Below are positions 39,147-51,475 of a stretch of 64,000 bases of DNA, in pieces. The notes beneath the pieces are model-generated. The model saw only the letters and a list, made by a program, of their open reading frames with translations, did no database searches and had not been told where the DNA came from. The stretch is from Octopus sinensis. Lineage: Eukaryota. The position numbers were made by a program, and so were the translations under genes. Position 1 is the first letter of the stretch; the number at the start of each line of letters is the position of its first letter. The stretch spans positions 48,236,001 through 48,300,000 of the forward strand of contig NC_043001.1 of assembly GCF_006345805.1 (NCBI RefSeq). The letters are read 5' to 3'.

Positions 39147-39287
39147 CAAGAAAAAACACATCCACTCCATGCCATGCACAATGCAAACACTTCCAGACAA
39201 GCCTACCACCTACAAATACAACATCCATTTTCCAAGGATCTGCTTGCTTGAAGATTTCCCAGCGAAGGTCAAACCGCTGCTTTCCTA
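39147..39287 (-). CDS. Candidate 141-nt phase 1-1 coding exon of an unidentified host gene
   Basis: Acceptor TTTCATTTAACAG, donor TTG|GTGAGT, open frame GKQRFDLRWEIFKQADPWKMDVVFVGGRLVWKCLHCAWHGVDVFFL. Confidence 0.45.
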
Positions 39288-39606
39288 CTGTTAAATGAAA
39301 TTCAGATTTACGATGTAATGTTAAATGATTTCATCCGTTTTCATCTAAATATTTCTCTGTCATTTGTGACTCTTTACTCTTCTCAGCGGTTTCTCTTGTA
39401 TCGTTCGATATATTCTATAGGCTTTGTAGAATGATACATTAAGAAGTACTATCTGGTTACTTGAATGCATATACTATAACTTAAATTTATACGCACACAA
39501 ATGCATATATATACATACATACATACATACATATATACATACACATACACATAAATACATACATATGTACATATGTATATATATATATTATATATATATA
39601 TATGCG

Positions 39607-39659
<53 letters not shown>

Positions 39660-39823
39660 TTTAAGTTCGCTTACGATAAACGTTTTTGAGTATGTATATA
39701 AAAGCTCCCATTTTATTATGTCACCTACAACCTAATGCTACCAAATTGCAATGAAAATTTTAGGTGGGTCTTCCATGAATGGAATTTATAATTATTTTAA
39801 GAAACATGTGATTTGTAGAAACT

Positions 39824-40300
39824 CATAACTACCCGTCTGATAAGGGTGTACCACAAACATCTGTGCGCGACATAGTGATCTCATATCAAGATTAACAGCG
39901 CATGAACTTGCAGGTGGGGTCCAGTTAGAATTTTCATCTGGTCGAGTAACCCATCCCGCTCAAAGGGTCCCTGAATAAGGGTTGTTTAAGGATGTTGAAC
40001 GAAACACCCATGTTTCCAGAGGTGAGTTATTGAAACCCCAAATAATCCCTCTCAACACATGGCTATGATGCTCCCCCACTACTTCTGCTTGTGATCAGAG
40101 ATGCACATATCGTCAGCCACTAAGGGATATGGTCAACTGGTTAAGGTCAAACAACTGACAAGCAAATCTGCGGTATAAAGCAGATTATTTGCTGTATCCC
40201 ATCTTTTATACCAAGACAAAAGAATGTACATGATAACACTTCCAATCAGTTAAGATCAGAAGCCACGAGAGCCATTGCTTGGTACTGCATCAGGGCATTT
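39824..40300 (-). mobile_element. Copy 1 (5' part) of a ~560-bp non-coding repeat abutting (TAA)n
   Basis: Roughly 90% similar by eye to 40403-40903; its 5' end AAATGCCCTGATGC starts at the (ATT)n tract. Confidence 0.75.
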
Positions 40301-40334
40301 ATTATTATTATTATTATCATCATTATTATTATTA

Positions 40335-40402
<68 letters not shown>

Positions 40403-40902
40403 GAGTGAGAGAGCAGTTCATGCCATCAAAGTGACACTGGGGTAAAATATACGAAGCCCAATATACCCATCATGACTACCCGTCTGATAAAGGTACACCA
40501 GGCACATGCCTCACAACCATATGTGCGCGACATGGTGATCTCATATCAAGATAAACAGCACATGACCTTGCAGGTGGGGCCCAGTTAGAATTTTCTTCAG
40601 GTTGAGTAACCCATCCCGCTCAAACGGTCCCTGAATAAGGGTTGTTTAAGGATGTTGAAAGAACCACCCATGTTTCCAGAGGTGAATTATTCAAACCCCA
40701 AAGAATCCCTCTCAACACATGGCTATGATGCTCCCCCACTACTTCTGCTCGTGATCAGAGATGCACATATTGTCAGCCACTAAGGGACATGCTCAACTGG
40801 TTAAGGTCAAACAACTGACAAGCAAATCTGTGGTATTGAGCAGAATATTTGCTGTAGCCCATCTTTTATACCAAGACAAAACAATGTACATGATAACACT
40901 TC

Positions 40903-40903
<1 letters not shown>
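40403..40903 (-). mobile_element. Copy 2 (3' part, 5'-truncated) of the same repeat, flanked by (TAA)n on both sides
   Basis: (ATT)n at 40298-40402 and 40904-40941; 3' end CTCTCTCACTC(AAT)n. Confidence 0.75.
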
Positions 40904-40938
<35 letters not shown>

Positions 40939-41269
40939 TACTGCTATATATATATAAGGAAAATAAGACAAAGTAGAAAATGCTAAAATAATTTTATTTT
41001 GAAGAACATTTTAGTACCGGTTGCAGTCTTTGCGACAGCATGAAATACAATTAAATTGTGGAAAAATTAAATGCAACGTTTTTTAAAAATATTTCCAGTT
41101 TTCAAATGCAAAGGACATTTTCCTTTTTTCTGTCTGTCTCTGTCTCTCTTTTTTACTCTTGTTAGGGCTTGGTAGCAGGTAGCAGGTAGCAGATAGTAGT
41201 AGTCTTAATATTTGATAGGAGTTCTTGGTTTTGACGGTTAAAGCAGCAGTAGTAGCTGAGAAAGGGAGA

Positions 41270-41312
41270 GGAGAAGGAGGAGGAGGAGAAGAAGAAGAAG
41301 AAGAAGAAGAAG

Positions 41313-41345
<33 letters not shown>

Positions 41346-41395
41346 AGAAGGAGTAGAAGAAGAAGAAGAAGAAGAAGAAGAAGAAGAAGAAGAAT
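41270..41395. repeat. (GAG)n/(GAA)n microsatellite
   Basis: Direct inspection. Confidence 0.95.
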
Positions 41396-41599
41396 GCGGG
41401 AGTGGCATGACAGTAGTAGAATGTTGGTGGAATTGTCTTAAATGATCAACTGACCTAAAAGTGACCTGTTATGGTTGTAATAGTAGTGTTTAGAATTGTC
41501 CTGAATAAATTCATGGGTAGTGACTGTTCTGAATATATCGTTTTTAATATTTGCGTGGGTATTGTTCTAAGGCCCTTGTAATAGTGTCAGTAGTGGTGG

Positions 41600-42360
41600 A
41601 CGCATTCAAAAGAGGTTTATATATTGTGATAGAATATGACTCTTTACTAATGCGCTGATTACAGGTTGCATGGTCCACGAATTTATAGAGAGGAAAAATT
41701 CTGGAGCCACTAATGGCGCAAATGTCGACTTATTCGTTGAATGCTATTTTTCTCTATTTTTGAATTTTGATCTGGGATCTATGTAGAGCCATCCTTTGAC
41801 GTAGACTGATTTTGATTTGGCCTATGTATTGCTCTTGACACCCAGAGCAAGCTAATACGTATATTAGGTTCTGCGAAACCCATGTGAAGTTGTGTGTCAT
41901 TGTAAAATGTTCACCCTGCTTGAAGGAGAACTCTGATCCCTCAATTAGGTTGGCCACAGTTTGGTCTTCCGCATTTTTTTACTGACTGCTTCAGGGTTGT
42001 TGTCGAGCATATTTGGGCTTGTATTAGGAGACTTTTCATAGATTTAATTGTCTTTTGCTCTTTATGATGGTGTGCGTTTGGAGAATTAAATTCATTCTGT
42101 GGTACTTTTTAGTAGGGGGATGTTCTGGAGGATGGTGTCGAAGGCTTCATTGTTAAGAGGGTTGTGTGTGGAGATGTATGGTAGGGCTTTTGGTTGTAAA
42201 TCCTTCCTTAATCTGGGATGTCTGTGTTTGTGGATATTGAGTTGTAGAGCACGTTGAAAGCCTGTATCAATTAGGGATGGTGGGTAGTTCCTGGTAATGA
42301 GTGTATCCTTTAGTTCATGTAGTCGTGTCTCCATGGTGCTTGTATTAGAAACTATATTCA
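41600..42360 (-). mobile_element. Neptune-like PLE fragment (RT thumb plus GIY-YIG)
   Basis: ORF 42092-42334 (RLHELKDTLITRNYP...LPYISTHNP) and ORF 41754-41957 (SQNLIYVLACSGCQEQYIGQ...LRQRMALHRSQI). Confidence 0.85.
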
Positions 42361-42374
42361 GACATTACTGAGCC

Positions 42375-43623
42375 CACGAGTAATGTCTGAATTTTAAATA
42401 AAGAAAACAAGTGATCAAATGTTACTTACATGTTAATGAAACTTAATTGTCAATATAGTTTCCATGATTATCTATGACATCTTTTCCATCTTCTTGTAAG
42501 GTTTTTAATCCCATAAGTGAAAAGCTCTTTCGGTTTCGAAGAGAAGAACTCCGAAAGGTCAGTTTCGACTTCCTCAGTTGTTTCGAGAGTTAATTCATTC
42601 AAAGATTCTGTAAGCTACGGAACAAATGGTAACCTGAAGGAGCAAATTCTGTGGAATGAGGCGGATGAGTTATTTTCTCCCAACCAAGTTCCTCGATTTT
42701 CTGTAACGTGATCCTTTAGAGTGTGGGATCTTGCATTGTTCTGATGAAACACCACTCTCTTTCGATTCACTAAGGCAGGCCCTTTTCCCTAATTGCTGAC
42801 AGTAGATTTGAGCATTGATTGTTGCATTAGTTGGTAGCAACTCAAAGTGGATGACTCATTTGCAATCCCACCAAACAGAGACAAGAACCTTCTTCGCATG
42901 GAGTACTCTTTTCGGTTGTGGTTGGACCTTTTCTCCTTCACCGGGCTAATGTCTACGACATTTTGAAAAAAGACTCATTTGCCATCACCGATCACCAATC
43001 TGTCCAAAAAGAGTGAGTTGAGTTCACGAGGACGAAGATAAGACCAGATACCCACTCCAGATTTGCGGTTGCCTTCAGACAAATCATGAGGTACCCATTA
43101 TCCGAGTGTTGGGACCTTTCCAAGCCGTTGAAGATCGATGGCGGTGAACAGTTGTATGGCTTGAACAAAGCTTACTTGCCAATTCTTCAACTGAAACTGC
43201 ATGATCTTTTTCAAGTTTGCCACAAGGAGCTTGTCATGAAACTCAGTTGGACGTCCTGTTCGGGCCTCATATTCGAGGCTGAAATCTCCACTTTTGAATT
43301 TTATAGACCATCTTCTAGAAGTTGTTTTCATACAGGCACTCTTCTCTGTAAGCTGAGTGAATATTTCGGGTCGCTTCAGCTGCAGAATTCCCTGTTTTAA
43401 ACTCATAAATTATCATGTACCTCAAATCTTCTTAGGCACTTCCATGTTTGAAGAGCCATAATTAGTGAAATTTCAATGAGATTATCCGGCAAAATGAAAT
43501 TTAAATAGTTTAAATATGTCCAAATACATATAAATATTACTTGCCCCATTAAACTTTCTAAAATACTGTTAATGCATTTACAAATTGAAAATATAGAAGT
43601 CCGGTCACTACTTATGGGATGAC

Positions 43624-43627
<4 letters not shown>
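42375..43627 (-). mobile_element. Near full-length decayed Mos1-like mariner
   Basis: 5' TIR TCAGGTCATCCCATAAGTAGTGACCGG with TA; motifs RTGRP, WVPHDL, FLDRLVIGDGK, HQNNARSH, EFAPSGYHLFRSLQN, GIKNLTRRW; the 3' TIR is truncated. Confidence 0.9.
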
Positions 43628-43666
<39 letters not shown>

Positions 43667-44899
43667 CTGTTACAACAACTGTCCGACAAAGGCTAAGCTG
43701 ACCGAAACATCAAAATCACCGTCAAAACTGCTCTGCTAAAAGAATACTAAATATGTACTCTACAGAATTATTGAGTAATCTTTCAGTAAAATTGTCTTTA
43801 TCATATCTCGACATAAAAGCAAACATTAATACACACACACATATATACACACATCCACACACACATACACACGGACACAGATCTCTATTCATCAGATTAT
43901 ACACCAGCTAGGGTACTTTAACATTGTTACGAACAACATTACAAGGAAACACTTGAATGCACTCTACACCTCTTGGTTTCCAAATTGTACAGATAACAAG
44001 AGTGATGCTGTAACACCATCGCACCTAAACTCCCATTAATTACATCCTCAGCAATTCACACTATCACACACATTTAACTCGCGAAGCCAGATACATCAGA
44101 TATACCCATTCCTCACCCTCCGATCCTTATATATAGCTCCCACAGCCACATGGTAAACAATTCTCCAATATTCATCAGACTACCTACCAATTATCATCAA
44201 CAACGCATTCGTTTATCAATGAAGTAGGTAAAAATAAAAATAAAATATTACAAACTTCAGAAAAGCACAGTAGAACGAGTTACACCAAGAAACAGAAGCA
44301 ATTTTTTTCATAATTCAACAACGTTACAATCATCAATATAGACACTGCAGTACTTACATTCAACGAAAATAATTATAGGCGCTTCTAAAAAATATATCTC
44401 ACACGGCAACATAAAAAAATACAACAGCAATTACACACTAGAAATAACCAACCTCATAAAATTCAGAGACATCATCAATTACAATACACCGAAAACCATA
44501 CACAACTGAAATAAATTCAGCATCAAAGAACTAAATAAAGTAAAAAGAAATAAATAAACCTTGGAAAATGAGAAAACTGGCAAGCATTTGTATCTAATAT
44601 GAACCAAAAATACAGTAAATCACTATATAGATTAAATTAGCAGCACCACCAGTACTAACAAAATAATGGTTTCACCACAGCCACATGTCAGGATAACAAT
44701 ATCAAATAATACGCCGTCACTGCAACATCAAGCAGTCAACCATAGCTGAATTGCTGGAAAATCAGCCTGCAATATCCACTCAAACAAAAAATAAAAGCAA
44801 GAATAACGCGAAGAATAAGCACCTTCCATATAGACCACAGTTTTGCTTTGTATCAGGAATCCCAACACAACAGGAAAATAAAATATCAATAGCCTGCGG

Positions 44900-45290
44900 A
44901 TCAACACAAAACCAAATACATACACCTAAAATACCTAGGCCACTGAGGAATCACTGCATCCCCAATATCTATATGTACCATCTTTGTCAAAATATCAGAC
45001 TCTGGAATGTGGAAAAGTTTATGAAAATATCCCCACAGAAGCCAAGGTGAAGGGATATAATTCACAACCTTCTTATACATATCCCAAAATATTCTATAAA
45101 GGCCAATTCTTAGCGTCCAATACGGGTTCAGACCACTGTATTTAACTGCCATACCCATCTCAAACCTGATACAAGAAATATGTAATGGCGTCATCAACAA
45201 AACAAACTCCTACTCGAAGTACACTATTCTACCAGCCACAGATATCAACCCAACTTTCAACTCCAATCTCTGCAAGCCATCCATGCAATA
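44900..45290 (+). pseudogene. Highly decayed non-LTR retrotransposon RT fragment
   Basis: In-frame QYGFRPLYLTAIPISNLIQEI...YTILPATDINPTF from 45118, preceded by IP..K...PKIF. The A/C-rich strand upstream to ~43900 may belong to the same element. Confidence 0.55.
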
Positions 45291-46892
45291 AACATTCATG
45301 AAACAACACGATAAACTGGCTAGCTAACTACTAATCAGGTTGCCAAACTAATTACTATCTCTCACTCAACCTAAAAGCGCAAGAGTCATATACATACCGA
45401 AGTTGCCGCAATATCAATAGCTTTAGTTGTAGACTCAAATAGTTGGATGCATAGCACTAACAATAAGGGTACAGGAACAGCAAATGCCGCACTGTGGTTG
45501 ATTCCATCTTGACCGTCTTCGCTGCAAGAACCTTTGGAATCTACAGACATATAAGTATAAAGCTTGACTTGAGCGAGAGTAACATTTTCACACAGTCACA
45601 CTGCAACTGAAACTATTGCGTATCGGAGCGTGCAGTATCGTTGAAATTTAGACAGCTACGTGGTAGAAATAGGAAAAGAGATCTGTGAGTCACTTCTCTC
45701 GTAATTCGGCCGACTATCTGAGTTGCTCGATCAGAACTGATCTAAGACTATGCAACAACAACAACAGCAGCAATAACGACTACTACATTGATAAGTGCAT
45801 ACCAGTTCTGAGTGCTCATATTACAGCTATAATATATTTGTATAAAGCTGAAATACAAACTGCCCTCTGATCGTTTTGCACCTAAGAGAATCAGTGGAAC
45901 TGAGGCTCTGTTTGTTTCCCTTCATTGTTGCCTGAACAAGCTGACTTGGAAGGAAACTTTGTGTAGGAACGGAGAGAAAACATCAACTGATTTCTATTAA
46001 ATATAAACTCTACCGCGTGTAATGAATACTTTACCCTTGTAAACTAAACAATTTCATGTACGTGTGTAGGAGTAATGTATGCGTATGTGTACCTATGTGC
46101 GTGCACGTGTGTGTGCGCGCGTCTATACAAGTATATACATGTGTATATGTGTGCGGTTATGTGTGTGCGCTTGTGTGTGTGTGCGCGCGCTTGCGTGTGT
46201 GTGCGCGCGCTTGTGTATGTGTGTGTGTGAGTGTGTACGCCAGGTTTCGAAATATTTTCCGTCTGCCAAATCTCACAAAATATTGATGAGGACTAAGTTT
46301 TAAATATCACCTGGATTGGTTTCTCTTCGTACTCTAGAACGACCAGACTTCACAGTCATAGAAACCGTCAAAGAAGTAAAGGTCCTCACCTCAAGTATTA
46401 AATTAGTGTATCATATTTATATGAAACTTAAACTATACAAATATTGTGAAACGGTCGATCGGGCTTCATAATGTTAGCTAATATACGGTAAAATGTAATG
46501 TGTAAGCCAATCATGTTTATTCCATAGTATCTTCTACGGAAACTACACCATGGTTAAGTTGTGGCTGGACCCTCAGAGAAGCGGTTTAATGGCGTAAAAG
46601 AATGCTTTGGCTACCTCATCGTTGGATTTGAAGAATTAAATAAATAAATGGAGGAACGTACCCAGCACTATTAGAAGCCAGATAAGAGGATTACAAACAA
46701 GCAGAGTTAGATCTGGTTCCTCCAAACAAACATTTATATATTCCGTCTGCAACCGAATTTATCATGTAACGATTGGCGTGTGTAATCATCGAAAGAACCA
46801 CATGATCTACAAATGAAACAGAAGATGGTAATCATCATATTCATGGACATTTATAACTATTTTGGTACAAATATGCTTGAAACTGCCGCTTG

Positions 46893-47218
46893 TACTACGA
46901 CACAAACTTCTTTTTTACAGTGGTGTATCTTGAAATCTTCCATCAAAATTTTACGTTCTGTTCCAAACAGCAGTTCTACGACACAAACTTCTTTTTTACA
47001 GTGGTGTATCTTGAAATCTTCCATCAAAATTTTACGTTCTGTTCCAAACAGCAGTTCTACGACACAAAATTCTTTTTTACAGTGGTGTATCTTGAAATCT
47101 TCCATCAAAATTTTACGTTATGTTCCAAACAGCAGTTCTACGACACAAACTTCTTTTTTACAGTGGTGCATCTTGAAATCTTCCATCAAAATTTTACGTT
47201 ATGTTTCAAACAGCAGCT
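46893..47218. repeat. 81-bp minisatellite, 4 near-identical copies
   Basis: TACGACACAAA unit starts at 46896, 46977, 47058 and 47139. Confidence 0.95.
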
Positions 47219-47893
47219 TCAATAATGACAACGCTATTTTACTAAAGTCTTCGTTATTTTCATAATTAATTGAAACAAAGACAGTATGTTTTCAAAGAAC
47301 CATATATAAATAAATAAATATACATGTACTAAATGAAACCAAAGTAAAGTATTGGTTTTGATTGAAGAATATACAAAATATGAGTACACATATGTTGAGT
47401 GACAGCTTTGTTTATCCTTCAAAGCATTGACCGCGAAATCAAAGGAGATTATTTTGTGTTATACGACAAATCGTTGATTTAATTTAAGTTTAATCAAATT
47501 TAAATATTTTTTCTGCCCATAGTGATGTATAAGTATTCATATATATTCTTAACATTTTGCATCTAGGTTTATAATTTAAAATATTGTAGATATACCTACA
47601 TTAAATTCCAGATTATTCAGTAAAAATTGTGTTGTGCAAATTAAATTTCATTAATTAATTAATTAATTAATAAGAATACACTTACAATAATGTTTTAACT
47701 GACCACTTTTTTTAATAATGCATATTATTGATTTTATATAATGATTATTTTTCTATAATATTACGTATGTTTGGTTTACTCAGCCACGCATATGACTTCT
47801 TTCTTTCACTTCCTTCCTATGAAATATTCTGCCGTAGTAGATCATTATACAGGGTGTGTGTGTGTGCGTGCGTGTGTGTGTGTGTGTGCGTGC

Positions 47894-47930
<37 letters not shown>

Positions 47931-48519
47931 CATGTATGTATGTGCATGTCAGGTCACGCTTTATGCTATTGGTATCATAAGACGTTACCGAAGAAACCAC
48001 CAGGAAAACAACGTTTCGATAGTTCTACCAACGTAATGGGAGGATAACATGATAACATGTAGTAAGATAAAACTTGCATATGTGAAAAACACCAGCGATG
48101 TAAATGACGGTATCTAGTAGTTTTTGGGCTTTCATTATTGATTTCAATTTCACTCGTAGAAGTTATCTGCCGCAGGCACTCATATGCAAGAAAGCTGTGT
48201 CTGTATTCCGTTTAAGATTATCAAAACAAAACATGTAGCGAGACTAAGAACTGTGTGGACCACTTATAATGCTATCGGCGGTAACGTTTCTACGTTGATA
48301 AGCATGTTTCTAGGATTTCATTATTTTTTGCTACTGAGATTGATTAAGTGTTAACAACGACGGGCAAGTTCGATTTCCATATGGCCTGATCTTCAAAGCT
48401 CCTGAACCCATATGAGAGTGCATTGGAACGATGGGAGACTTGTCTGTTTTATAGTCTGGTATAATTCGCCTATATGCTTCATCCCAGTCTGTTTGGGATT
48501 AATGACTTGGCCACTGGTG

Positions 48520-48720
48520 GGTTAATATATCACGCAGGGTAAGATACCCCAAGGTATTTTGATCTACGTTCTAACGGTCCAGCAAATCGACCACCTTCGA
48601 CTGGCACCTTATTTATTGATACCGTAAAGTTGAATGGGAAACATAGCTTTGGTAGGATTTGAACTCAGACCGGCTGAACAACTTACTCGTCGTTTTATCG
48701 AGTGATTAAAACTTTCACTT
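48520..48720 (-). mobile_element. Decayed SINE copy
   Basis: GGCACCTTATTTATTGATACC..AAAG...GGATTTGAACTCAGA. Confidence 0.5.
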
Positions 48721-49672
48721 CACATCCATGATGTCTTGAATTCAATCCCAGAACTTTGAAGCTTTCAAACGCTATTTACTACATCCTTGGAAAGGTACAT
48801 GCCTTTCTACGTAAAATTAGGTAAAGACAAAGTGAATGAAAGTTTGTCAGATGGGTCGCTCGTGTCAATAAAGATTCAAGCATTGCTCCACATTATATCG
48901 CGCTGGTTATTACTTAAGAATTACTATAAATGTAGACCTGTCTGTGGAATACTCAGTCACTTACACGCTAATTTAAAGAGGCATTAACTCATTTGATCAA
49001 ATAACGGCAAAAATGCATCGTCGAAAGTGATGGGGATCCATTTAAATGAGTGCTTATACATACTAGGTTCTAGAGTTATTTTCTCCATCCTTCCTGCAGC
49101 TGTCTATTACCTCAGACCTCATTTTATATTGTTTGACTTCCTGAAAACAAAAAACAGGTTTTGTTGGTAAGCTTGTTCATGTTTTGAATATTATGTGTAT
49201 TATATTATACTGGAATAAAACAAGAGGAAAATATGTTATTTGTACATTTTAAACTGAGCATGAACAACATATATAAGTAAGTGTAGTTACGATATCAAAT
49301 AACTAAGCAAATGATTGGTTGTACGTATTCTGAGAATGGCAACGTGTTGTGTTTGTTGTATCTCAAAAATAATTCAATACTGCAAGATAAAAAGTGATAC
49401 CGCAGGATAGGAGAAGCTCATTTAGTCTAAGCAGTTGTAGGAATCTAAAACTGAAAGACCTCGAGGTTTTTTAGTTCAAATTCTCCTATGGTCAACTTGG
49501 AGAGGCATGTAGTCTATCAAACTGACGAGCCAGCTATATATATATATATAATTTTACACTTTTACCATTGCTAAACAAAAATTATTGTTGAAACTAGTTT
49601 GGTATATATGTAAATAAATGTATTTTAAACATTTACGAGTTTTTGAAATTTAAGTGCATTTTCAGCAACACA

Positions 49673-49756
<84 letters not shown>

Positions 49757-49759
<3 letters not shown>

Positions 49760-50050
49760 GGTAAGTGTCTTCTACTATAACCTCGGGCCAACCAAAGCCT
49801 TGTGTGTGTATTTGATAGACCGAAAATAAACGAAGTCCGTCGTACATACATACATACATATATATATATATATATGTATAAATGTATACGTATGTATGTA
49901 TGTATGTATGTATGTATGTATGTATGTATGTCTATGCTTGTGTGTCTGTGTTTGTCCCGACACCATCGCTTGACAACCGATGTTGGTGTGCTTACGTCCC
50001 CGTAACTTAATGGTTCGGCAAAAGAGAACGATAGAATAAGTACCAGGGAC
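49757..50050 (+). mobile_element. SINE with internal (ACAT)/(ATGT) microsatellite
   Basis: GGGTAAGTGTCTTCTACTATAACCTCGGGCC...GTCCGTC-[microsatellite]-GTGTTTGTCCC...ACGTCCCCGTAACTT...GATAGAATAAGTACCAGG. Confidence 0.75.
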
Positions 50051-50407
50051 TTTAATCTGTTTTGTGTCTGCATGAAAAGATAGTCGTTCATCTGCTACTC
50101 ATTGAAAATTAAAAGAAATTAGAATACGATGATTACTTAATGCACTTTATATATACGCTTCATATACTTTATGTACTATTTTATAGATTTAATATACAGC
50201 ATTTATAAAATAAATATTCACTCTTATTTTTCCATTTTCCCCATAAACGAAAAAAATATATATATGAAAGCGCTACAATTACATTTCCTCTACCTCACAT
50301 CACGGACCCTTCTCGTTCCCCCTTTCTCTCTCTTTCTTTCCTTTCTCCCTCTTTTCCTCTAATCACGTGAAAGTGTTACCGACGGGCTAAGTAACACAAC
50401 GACAGGC

Positions 50408-50442
<35 letters not shown>

Positions 50443-50852
50443 CCATGAATAGTGGGGGGACCTTCAATGATAACTAATTATCTCAGATTTCCGTAGTTTT
50501 AAGAGGAGTAGAGAGAAAAACTATAACCTTGGCTTTGATTTCCTAGAATTATTTCTAATCGTCCCGTCCCAGAAAATGTTTACTTTGAAGTCCCTTCCTA
50601 CCATTCTACTTTGCCATATGTTTTTAGAACCTTCTATCGAGATGGTTTTCATCTTGACTCCTGGTGAAAAACCATTTAATTTCAGCATCTCAGCCAATGA
50701 TAGTATTTTATATATATTTGTTGTGTACTAATAATGTAAGGGCTTGCTTGCCAACGCCTTAAAATGCTATATTGAACTCGCAATTATATTTTAGTTTCAC
50801 TTTCTTTTAATCTATCTGATCTTCTTTGTCCGTCCTCCGTAAATATATCTGC

Positions 50853-51475
50853 TACTAGCAGTATTGCCCGGCTCAACGGGGATTTCAGGGGAGAGTTTCA
50901 GGGAGTCGCTGGCGATGTATCGTGATGATCAAAAATCTGGCCTGCTAAAATTTGGTTAAAGTGATTCAAACTGCTGACTCAACGCAAAATGGTCACATTT
51001 AATTCAAATCGTTAAAAATGTTATGAAAACAATTGGTATATGTTCACAAAGTCCAAACAATTAATACGAAAAAAACCCTCCAGGCTACATCCCGAAAATT
51101 CATTTCTTTGCCGAATTTCTATAATGTTTACGGCGATTCGTTTTCATATCTTGATTTTTTTTATTTTTCATGCAATTTACGCATGCTTGCACGCGTGGTG
51201 AACACAGTTCACGTCAAACAGCTGACTGAGTAAAGTTCACTATTCAATGCATGGGATAAGGCCTAAACAAACACATTATCGATTTTTGCACTTGCGAGAT
51301 GAATTTCGGAACAGAAATAGCGTAGTTCAATTTTCATTCGCTTAAACTTTAAGTGACCCATTTTTGGTGGTTCTACGATTTGTTGGCTAGGAGGAAATGT
51401 GCCGGGCAGTTAAACACACAGACACACACACAGATACACACACAAATACACAAGTTGAGTTTTATATATATAGAT
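50853..51475 (+). mobile_element. Helitron/Helentron-like non-autonomous element (Lep1/HINE-like layout)
   Basis: Starts TACTAGCAGTATTGCCCGGC; subterminal inverted repeat TGCCCGGC (50865) / GCCGGGCA (51401); then an (AC)-rich microsatellite and the end TTTTATATATATAGAT. Confidence 0.55.

Noticed and set aside
46857-47108. C2H2 zinc-finger array (given cephalopod ZNF expansion)
   Set aside because: The unit is 27 codons, not 28, and lacks the C-x2-C-x12-H-x3-H spacing and TGEKP linker.
47985-48040. GAAACGTT hammerhead-like end on the minus strand
   Set aside because: No CUGANGA core upstream.
48370-48430. Tc1-like WP..SPDLNP motif remnant
   Set aside because: It needs frameshifts to fit, with no TIRs or other motifs nearby.
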